From positions 1-6,000 of the forward strand of contig CBFFSA010000098.1 of assembly GCA_965644495.1 (NCBI GenBank): a stretch of 6,000 bases of DNA, given 5' to 3'. The notes beneath the pieces are model-generated. The model was not told the DNA's origin and did not search any database. It saw only the letters and a list, made by a program, of their open reading frames with translations. The position numbers and the translations under genes are program-made. Shown piece after piece: positions 1 through 6,000 of this stretch. Numbering within the stretch: the first letter of the stretch is position 1; each line of letters starts with the position of its first letter. Origin of the DNA: Perkinsela sp. CCAP 1560/9 (taxonomy: Eukaryota; Protista; Euglenozoa: Kinetoplastea).

Positions 1-586
1 CCCCTGGACCCCCCCTGGACCCCCCTGGATCCCCCCCCTGGACCCCCCTCTGGACCCCCCCCCTGGACCCCCCCTGGACCCCCCCTGGACCCCCCCTGGA
101 CCCCCCTGGACCTCCCCCTGGACCCCCCCTGGACCCCCCTGGACCCCCCCTGGACCCCCCCTGGATCCCCCCCCTGGACCCCCCTCTGGACCCCCCCCCT
201 GGACCCCCCCTGGACCCCCCCTGGACCCCCCCTGGACCCCCCCTGGACCCCCCCTGGACCCCCCCTGGACCCCCCCTGGACCCCCCCTGGACCCCCCCTG
301 GACCCCCCCCTGGACCCCCCCTGGACCCCCCCCTGGACCCTCCCCTGGACCCCCCCCTGGACCCCCCCTGGACCCCCCCTGGACCCCCCTGGACCCCCCC
401 TGGACCCCCCCTGGACCCCCCCTGGACCCCCCCTGGACCCCCCCTGGACCCCCCTGGACCCCCCCGGACCCCCCTGGACCGCCCGCCGGACCCCCCTGGA
501 CCCCCCTGGACCCCCCTGGACCCCCCCTGGACCCCCCCCCCCCCCCTGGACCCCCCCTGGAACCCCCCCTGGACCCCCCCTGGACC
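1..586. repeat. Tandem array (C6-8TGGA)n, modal 11-bp unit CCCCCCCTGGA (minus strand TCCAGGGGGGG); candidate telomeric repeat or minisatellite
   Basis: About 52 TGGA cores by manual count, usually 11 nt apart (e.g. 244, 255, 266, 277, 288, 299), with 10- and 12-nt variants. Variant units (CCGGA, GCCCGCCGGA, a long C run, TGGAA) cluster at 460-586. The array runs off the left edge. Confidence 0.97.
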
Positions 587-779
587 GCCATTTGTTTTCA
601 AAATAGAAGTTATGCTGCGCGCTTCCCGTTGAAAACTACCTCCGCGTTTGACGAAGTGACTAAATAAGAAATTGACCAGGAAGGAGCCAAAAGTACTGCG
701 CCTCTCGTAAGTAATTATACTTATAAGTTTTTTGAATTTATAATTATAATTATAATTTAATTACTTATGGCCCGGATAT

Positions 780-1496
780 TCAACTCCAGTCCACCACCCC
801 ATTGTCAACTCCAGCGCACCACTTTTTTCACCATAGTCGATCGTCATTTTTTTCTGCGCCTCACGATAGTTGAACATCGTTCCTTTTTCCTTTCAACATA
901 AAAACTTACCCAGCGTATTTAAAGAAACCGTAGTACAAGTGTAAGATTTGAGTATGAAACTTTATTAGAGAAGAATTTATTCACCTTTACAAAATGCTCA
1001 AATTTATTGTCATTGTGGTTGGTGTTTTTTGTTGGTTTTTGTCATTAAATTTCCAACACTAACAGACTAACTTTACAAGCTTTCTCACGTACCTTTGCTT
1101 ACTTAGCTTCTTTTACTACTACGCAGTTCATTGGTACTACTACGCAGTTCATTGGTCAAAGTGAAGCATTATTTCACACTTTTTTTAATACATTTATTAT
1201 CGCCCTATTTTGGCAAAAAAAAATAATTAACTCTCTTGCCCTTGTTCTAGAACGATTTCTACATTCTCGCAATGTCATTTGAGGTGCTAAAACAGGCGAC
1301 GGAGGGCATAATCTTCATGTTTTCCTCTCTTTAGCTTACTTTTCACAATTTCTACACCGAACCTCAGCCGATTTAGGTGCTAAATAATTGATGGTGCATT
1401 GGAAATGAGAATACAGTTTTTAAGAAAAAGTGGCGCACTGGAAATGACAAGAAAAATATTTTTTATGAAAAAAAGTGGTGCGTTGGTGTTGACAAT
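780..1496. repeat. Degenerate inverted-repeat pair with a reiterated ~18-bp motif (probable old DNA-transposon/MITE ends)
   Basis: 801-830 ATTGTCAACTCCAGCGCACCACTTTTTTCA is the reverse complement of 1466-1496 TGAAAAAAAGTGGTGCGTTGGTGTTGACAAT (2 substitutions, 1 indel). Related motif copies are at 780-797 (minus) and 1392-1409, 1430-1447 (plus). Confidence 0.6.
1114..1155 (+). repeat. Perfect 21-bp tandem duplication TACTACTACGCAGTTCATTGG
   Basis: 1114-1134 and 1135-1155 are identical. Confidence 0.95.
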
Positions 1497-1559
1497 CCGC
1501 CTGGTCGTTATACGAAAAAATGTATCTTATAAAAATCTTTTGAAGGTGTATCTCAATGT

Positions 1560-2110
1560 TTTCCCCCTTAAACCCGCCGCCCAGCTACCCGCGTACACCG
1601 CAGAGGCACCAGTCTTGTACCGCCGCCTGCACGATCTGGGCATTTCTCCTCTAAATGGCCACTCCCAAGGCCATCACGGGGTGCGATAGACATCCGTTTT
1701 TATCGGACTTGTGGGCCCGTTTTATCGGACTTGTTGAGGAAAGTTAAGGTCTCCGGGCCCAGGATCTCACTCATTATGTGGTGAAGGCCAGGGGGTGGAA
1801 CTCCATCCCCCTAACGAGCGCCATCTCGTCGTGAGTGCGCCGTTTATTGGCCTCGGCCATCCTCAACGTATGGAACGGCTCAAGCACTGGAGCTTAGGCT
1901 CCGAGGTCGGGGAGACCAGGTACCAGAGACGGGCCGCTCTCTCCCACGGCGGGTCCCGCATATTTTAAAGCTCCCACCACGGGTCCCGCATATTTAAGAG
2001 GGCTTAAATGTGCCCTTTGAAGAAGGCCTAAATCGCCGGGTTTTCTCCGACGAACTTCAGCCGATCATCTCGTGCTTCTTCCCCACTAACAAGCGTACCG
2101 TCACGGCGAA
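1560..2110 (-). pseudogene. Decayed 3' fragment of a CRE-like non-LTR retrotransposon (RLE endonuclease region), relic A
   Basis: GC-rich island. Minus-strand translation across frameshifts gives, in order, RRKPGDLGLL (from ~2050), LRMAEANKRRTHDEMALVRGMEFHPLAFTT (~1866-1777), EILGPETLTFLNK, and SDKNGCLSHPVMALGVAI*RRNAQIVQAAV (1707-1618). This matches the recalled CRE-clade RLE motif order RP(G/A)D...AExxK...F(V/H)PLAxETxGxxGPE...SVA(L/I)QRGNA. Premature stops and internal duplications are present. Confidence 0.8.
1941..2000 (+). repeat. Imperfect 30-bp tandem duplication inside relic A
   Basis: CTCCCACGGCGGGTCCCGCATATTTTAAAG (1941-1970) and CTCCCACCACGGGTCCCGCATATTTAAGAG (1971-2000). Confidence 0.9.
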
Positions 2111-2296
2111 AAATTGCAGCTGTATGTAAAAAAATGTCAGAAAAACATTTTCAATGCACGGAAAATATGATAAGGACATTTAGAGCACATAAAAAAATTT
2201 ACAAAAAAAATATTCTTTATGTGAAATAATGCTTCACTTTCACCAAACTTTCTCGAGGATAGGACTTATAAATTATAATTTCGGTGCACAAAATTA

Positions 2297-2464
2297 TTCC
2301 ACGTAAATTCAACCAGGACCGGTGGGATCGGCCGGGATTGTAAATCACCAGTTTCAGCCCTCTCCTCCGACAAGGCCGGATGTCTGTCTCACCTACTAAT
2401 GGCTATTGGGGTAGCCATTCAGAAGAGAAACTCCCAGATAGTTCAGGCGGCGGTACTCGACTAA
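2297..2464 (+). pseudogene. 5'-truncated fragment of a second CRE-like non-LTR retrotransposon (RLE C-terminus), relic B
   Basis: The frame from 2297 reads FHVNSTRTGGIGRDCKSPVSALSSDKAGCLSHLLMAIGVAIQKRNSQIVQAAVLD* (TAA 2462-2464), with no Met upstream of the homologous block. 2366-2461 aligns without gaps to the reverse complement of 1612-1707 (73/96 nt). IGVAIQKRNS resembles the CRE terminal SVAIQRGNA motif. Confidence 0.78.
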
Positions 2465-2580
2465 CTAAGGGGGGTAACGGTATTCGTGTCCCTAGGTTTA
2501 TAGCGGAAAAATACGACAAACGGTACGGTAGACTTGTAAGTAAAGGGGACAAAGGCGTGCGTGACTTTATTACACAGGGA

Positions 2581-2631
2581 GTAAGTTAATAAAATCATTA
2601 AAATGTATTTTTCTTTTGACAGTGTGACTAG
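2581..2631 (+). other. Candidate 51-nt GT-AG spliceosomal intron
   Basis: GTAAGT donor at 2581, AT-rich body, pyrimidine tract 2608-2617, TTTGAC branch-like motif, and AG at 2621-2622 and 2630-2631. Use of the second AG joins ORF 2380-2580 in frame to the BRCT ORF. Confidence 0.4.
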
Positions 2632-2634
2632 TTG

Positions 2635-4299
2635 ATGTCTCAAGTGCACAACCATATTAAAAACGTACTTCAGGAATACTATGCGAGTGTCAAACTTGCT
2701 TCGCCTCTCACTCAATGGCCCTCTCAGGTGAACGCTCCTTTGGAAGCTATTGAGAATGAAGAACCAACTGACGACGAGACGAGCGAGCAGATAGAAGTAT
2801 CCAAGACGGGAAGTCGGAAATTCCCGGATCTTCCTCGAACTTATCTCACTGAGAGCAAAAGACAATCTCATGAAATCTTTGCTGACGAAGTAATTCGCCC
2901 AGAAAAAATGATATCCGAGTCACACCATCCTTTACTGCATTTAACAAAGATGGACAAAGACGCGCAAGTATCTTTCATGCTTGCACACAAGGAGCCATCT
3001 TTTCTAACAATACACCGTGATGCATACGACTACTATCCTTCTAAACCAAATAGAATGACATGTATTACATTGCCCCCTATTAGTGTATTCCCCATTCCGC
3101 AGTGCGAGTCTCATTTACGAAACCTTAAAGAACGCGGAGATGTAAATATCGATGAAACGTCTATGACGACGCAATGCGAGCACGCGAGTAGTAAATCAAC
3201 TTGTAACAAACCTTGTCGAGCAACCGGGACGCATGTAAGCAGGAACGATGTAGATATTACGCCTCCCCTGGTTTCTTCAAGGAACGAAAAGAAACTAAAA
3301 ACATGTCAAGACATCTCTTGTGATAGTTTGGCGAACAAGAATCATCCGCGTACATGCGCGCCCGATCTGAACGATAGAGTGACACTCTTTTCGCATTCTA
3401 CGAGGTGTAGAAAAGCACCTCTCGACAACCAATCGAAACCAAATCGCACCTTAGAGAGATGTCTCGGTACCGAAGAGGCCTCGATATCGAATGTCCCACA
3501 TTTACATCTTTCCGAAGGAAGACCAATAGTTCAAATCAGTGGATTTGTTTTAACAAAGACGGATGAAAAGAAATTGAGGGGAATTAACGCATGTAGCCTT
3601 CTATTTAACGAAAAATGGGAAGACAATACGCACTATAATCCTTCTATACATTGTTGGATGAGGTTTTCTGGAGTCTCTCATGTGGTGATGTGCGAACCAC
3701 CAAAGCGTACAATAAGGTTTCTTTGCGCGATAAACCTTGGATTAAACATTTTAAGAAAGCAATGGATTATGGACTGCATTAAGCAGGGTAGATTTATAAG
3801 TAACCTAGTACCCTACGAGCTACGAGATACAGACCTAGAACGGAAATGGAAGTTCAATCTTTCCAAAAAAGTACAGATGGCACGCGCGTTGCAAACTTCT
3901 GCGCGTACATTATTTTCAGATAAAATAATATTTGTTTCTTGTAGAGTTGTTCCCCAGGACCAGAATCCAGGAAATGACATTAAGCAGGTTCTTTTATCCG
4001 GAGGAGCCCGCGTCGCGCAAAACATTAGCGAATTAAACCGAAGGGATATATTCTGCGCTGTCTGCACAAAAAAAGAATACAAATCTATACTCTCAGATCT
4101 GATGTCTCTTCACACTAATGAAGGAAGTTCTGCAGTGAAATCAGATACAGAAGGCAAAAGATATTCTAAGAGGACGAAAAGGATTGTCAGTGCATATTCT
4201 CAAGTAAATATGCCTTTGGTGGACGTGGAATGGGTGTACTCCTGCGTGCTTCAGCAATCTTTGCTTGACATATCTGACTTTACTCTTCATGTACCGTGA
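2635..4299 (+). CDS. Tandem-BRCT protein of the MDC1/PTIP(PAXIP1)-like family (putative DNA-damage checkpoint mediator)
   Basis: Uninterrupted 554-aa ORF from ATG 2635 (the track starts at TTG 2632). Polar, disordered-looking N-terminal half with SQ/TQ motifs. The C-terminal half has IVQISGF...SHVV...RTIRFLCAINLGLNILRKQWIMDC, linker YELRDTDLERKWKFNL, LFSDKIIFV...GG and terminal VEWVYSCVLQQSL, paralleling MDC1 VLFTG...SHLV...RTVKFLCAL...W...D.EQEKNFGFSL. The true start is uncertain. Confidence 0.88.
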   Translation: MSQVHNHIKNVLQEYYASVKLASPLTQWPSQVNAPLEAIENEEPTDDETSEQIEVSKTGSRKFPDLPRTYLTESKRQSHEIFADEVIRPEKMISESHHPLLHLTKMDKDAQVSFMLAHKEPSFLTIHRDAYDYYPSKPNRMTCITLPPISVFPIPQCESHLRNLKERGDVNIDETSMTTQCEHASSKSTCNKPCRATGTHVSRNDVDITPPLVSSRNEKKLKTCQDISCDSLANKNHPRTCAPDLNDRVTLFSHSTRCRKAPLDNQSKPNRTLERCLGTEEASISNVPHLHLSEGRPIVQISGFVLTKTDEKKLRGINACSLLFNEKWEDNTHYNPSIHCWMRFSGVSHVVMCEPPKRTIRFLCAINLGLNILRKQWIMDCIKQGRFISNLVPYELRDTDLERKWKFNLSKKVQMARALQTSARTLFSDKIIFVSCRVVPQDQNPGNDIKQVLLSGGARVAQNISELNRRDIFCAVCTKKEYKSILSDLMSLHTNEGSSAVKSDTEGKRYSKRTKRIVSAYSQVNMPLVDVEWVYSCVLQQSLLDISDFTLHVP

Positions 4300-4360
4300 T
4301 TTCCCCCATTTCTTGAATAGGGAATTTCTTGAAAGGAATTAACACCGCCTAATGAGTTGT

Positions 4361-4396
4361 GATCTGACATGATCTCGCGTGATCTCGTTTTGACCT
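4361..4396 (+). repeat. 10-bp-period GATCT minisatellite, block 1
   Basis: GATCT at 4361, 4371, 4381; GACCT at 4392. Confidence 0.7.
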
Positions 4397-4595
4397 CAGC
4401 CGGAAAATGTTACTGTCCCCCCTACTTATGCGCAACCGTTTGACCCGGCCACTTAAGCGCAATTTTGACGCATCGTTCAGAAGAACAGCGCCGCAAAGCG
4501 GCGCGACTTTTTTTTTGTGGTACGAATTTTTGTACCAATTTTCGCCGATATTGAAATGGAGAGTCTGCAGGTAGTCCCTTTGGAGGTTCAAAAAT

Positions 4596-4650
4596 GATCT
4601 TCATCGATCTCCAGCGATCTCCTCTGATCCACACTGACCTCCACCGATCT
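4596..4650 (+). repeat. 10-bp-period GATCT minisatellite, block 2
   Basis: GATCT, GATCC or GACCT at 4596, 4606, 4616, 4626, 4636, 4646. Confidence 0.85.
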
Positions 4651-4767
4651 GTACGGCGAGTCTTTGCATACTATACTGTACTGTTCATCAGAGGAGCTCT
4701 GCTGCCACGTACTGTACGCTTTTGTCTTAGGTATTGTTTTCCAAAAAAAATTTTAAAACTAAACTTA

Positions 4768-4833
4768 CCCCCCCTACTTATCTGTCACCTTTCCACGGAA
4801 TGTTGTGACAGATAACTAGGGGGGGGGGTACAG
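4768..4833. mobile_element. Local inverted repeat ending GGGGTACAG|TA; probable orphan right end of a related Tc1/mariner MITE
   Basis: 4768-4788 CCCCCCCTACTTATCTGTCAC pairs with 4805-4825 GTGACAGATAACTAGGGGGGG (20/21). It ends CAG-TA like the outer element and shares the CCCCCCTACTTAT core. Confidence 0.6.
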
Positions 4834-4835
4834 TA

Positions 4836-5069
4836 CTATCCCCCCTATCCTAGCGCTGCCTCGTTAGCCCCCCTCATTAATGTTGCTTTTTAGACTGTCT
4901 CTTACCGCGAAGCTATGGTAAAAATGTACCGTGAACAGCGATTTTTTTGAAAATGTTCCTCAGTAATCCCACAACATCTTCGGCTTAGCAATTCTTCGGC
5001 ACGAGTTTTTGCCCCCCTCCTAGCGTTGCATTTCATCCCACCCCAGCCACGCTAGGATAGGGGGGATGG
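4836..5069. mobile_element. Nested 234-bp Tc1/mariner-type MITE, 20-bp TIRs, TA target duplication
   Basis: Left CTATCCCCCCTATCCTAGCG (4836-4855); reverse complement of right end CCATCCCCCCTATCCTAGCG (5050-5069): 19/20. TA at 4834-4835 and 5070-5071. Confidence 0.88.
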
Positions 5070-5288
5070 TATATAAAAAGCAGCCCCCAGGGCACCCCGC
5101 GTCTATAATTCATGATTTAAACACGCGCCGCGTAGCGGCGCGAAATTTTTTTTTCACCCCTTCTTTTTGACCCGACTACTTATGCACAATTTTAGGCCAA
5201 AACCTGGTTGCGCTTAAGTGGGGGGGACAGTACGAGAAAAAATTGGTTAAATTCAAGCAAATTTAGGCTTTTTTTAAATTTCCATATA

Positions 5289-6000
5289 CAGTCCAGGTAT
5301 TGGTTTCCCCCCCCCCAGGCTCCAGAGCGCGCCGCAAGAGCTTTTGGCCTAATTCCTTCGGCATTCGACAGATCTCGAAAAACTAGTGCGTTTCCCACAG
5401 TTGCTTTGCCTATCACCCCCCTAGGTCCTAAGTGGGCGTGGTGAAAGTTGGCAAATTTCAAAAAAAGAAATATTTTTGAGAGGGGGGAAAAAAGAAAAAA
5501 ATGTGTATAGATTCCTATATGTTAATACCTACAATGGTCTCCTTGAACGCTCCGCACAATTCGCAAGCGTTTAGGAACTGAATTCATACAAATTAAGAAT
5601 TGGCGTCCATAAGGATGACGCTTGAGCATCATAAAGGCTTTCTTTAGCGCCTTCCGGAGCTGTTTTTCAGGCTCTGGTTTCAAATTTTCCTTAACAATTT
5701 GGTCAATGCGCTCTGGGAGTGCACATCGTGACGTTTTATGGGTAATAGGGGGTATCTTGCTTTTCGGCGAGTTGTACTGTCCTTTAGTACTGGTCTTTAG
5801 TAGATTTGACGGGAGTATCCCTCAAATTCATAGAATGAGAAACCATATTTGAAAATAAAAAAATTAAATTTTTGAAAAATTGGGATTTTTTAGTAAAATT
5901 GTGCTATTTTTTCGTGTTTTTTCTAAATATTTTTGACCCAGGAGGGGGTGATAGGCAAACAAACGGTGGGAAACGCTCCAGTTTTTCGAGATCTTTTGAA
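5289..6000 (-). mobile_element. Internally deleted Tc1/mariner transposon with long inverted repeats; right end outside the window
   Basis: TA|CAGT terminus at 5287-5292. 5364-5420 matches the reverse complement of 5944-6000 at 50/57 and the match runs to the window edge. Encloses a transposase remnant. The left boundary is inferred. Confidence 0.8.
5522..5821 (-). pseudogene. Tc1-family transposase C-terminal remnant
   Basis: Stop-free minus frame of 99 codons, with no initiator at its start, ending ...ERIDQIVKENLKPEPEKQLRKALKKAFMMLKRHPYGRQFLICMNSVPKRLRIVRSVQGDHCRY* (TAA 5524-5522). This resembles the recalled Tc1 C-terminal signature L..SMP.R...VI.A.G..TKY*. No DDE core is visible. Confidence 0.75.

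Larger units (their letters stand above)
1152..2246. mobile_element. Putative non-autonomous DNA transposon bounded by 27-bp inverted repeats
   Basis: 1152-1178 TTGGTCAAAGTGAAGCATTATTTCACA versus the reverse complement of 2220-2246, TTGGTGAAAGTGAAGCATTATTTCACA: 26/27 identical. No target-site duplication recognised. Confidence 0.55.
4413..5230. mobile_element. Tc1/mariner-type MITE (818 bp including nested inserts), 25-bp TIRs, TA target duplication
   Basis: Left CTGTCCCCCCTACTTATGCGCAACC (4413-4437); reverse complement of right end CTGTCCCCCCCACTTAAGCGCAACC (5206-5230): 23/25. TA at 4411-4412 and 5231-5232. Subterminal direct repeats 4439-4466 and 5166-5193 (24/28). GC hairpins at 4488-4504 and 5124-5142. 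Confidence 0.85.

Noticed and set aside
1-586. CRISPR array or coding repeat (Pro/Gly-rich protein)
   Set aside because: No unique spacers, and unit lengths of 10-12 nt do not preserve a reading frame.
711-766. AATTAT-type short repeat
   Set aside because: Low-complexity AT microsatellite with no further structure.
1399-1689. 96-aa plus-strand ORF
   Set aside because: TTG start, spans AT-rich repeat motifs and then the antisense of relic A; no recognisable protein features.
1645-2421. Structured ncRNA suggested by apparently covarying hairpins ATGGCC...GGCCAT and ATGGCTA...TAGCCAT in the two homologous segments
   Set aside because: The substitutions are explained by synonymous codon changes in the RLE frame, and no snRNA, ribozyme or tRNA motif was recognised.
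2380-2589. Stand-alone 69-aa gene
   Set aside because: Divergence from relic A falls mostly on non-synonymous positions in this frame, so it is not the ancestrally conserved frame. Retained only as a possible exon.
2461-2871. 136-aa minus-strand ORF
   Set aside because: Antisense to the BRCT gene start; no supporting motifs.
3813-4082. 89-aa minus-strand ORF
   Set aside because: Shadow ORF inside the BRCT coding region.
4488-4520. Bacterial rho-independent terminator (also 5124-5155)
   Set aside because: The shape fits, but the context is eukaryotic and the hairpins sit symmetrically inside a MITE.
4349-4815. Three short ORFs (80, 70, 73 aa)
   Set aside because: They cross MITE termini and minisatellite blocks and show no transposase or other motifs.
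5192-5461. Overlapping 89-aa and 78-aa ORFs
   Set aside because: They run through TIR sequences of two different elements.
5622-5852. 76-aa plus-strand ORF
   Set aside because: Antisense shadow of the minus-strand transposase remnant.

Overview
Eukaryotic DNA, possibly subtelomeric, with one intact gene among transposon debris. 1-586 is a C-rich tandem array, (C6-8TGGA)n, about 52 units, in the polarity expected of a left telomere. About 770-2250 is AT-rich, carries two interleaved inverted-repeat pairs, and surrounds a decayed minus-strand relic (about 1560-2110) of the restriction-like endonuclease (RLE) end of a CRE-type non-LTR retrotransposon. A second, diverged RLE relic lies on the plus strand (about 2300-2464), head-to-head with the first. 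2635-4299 encodes a protein with C-terminal tandem BRCT domains of the MDC1/PTIP type; it may have an extra 5' exon taken from the retroelement relic in a different frame. 4411-6000 is a cluster of TA-flanked Tc1/mariner-type elements: a MITE nested in a MITE, an orphan end, and a long-TIR element with a Tc1 transposase C-terminal remnant that runs off the window. The RLE and transposase frames are absent from the ORF track and were found by manual translation. All family calls rest on recalled motifs, not database searches.
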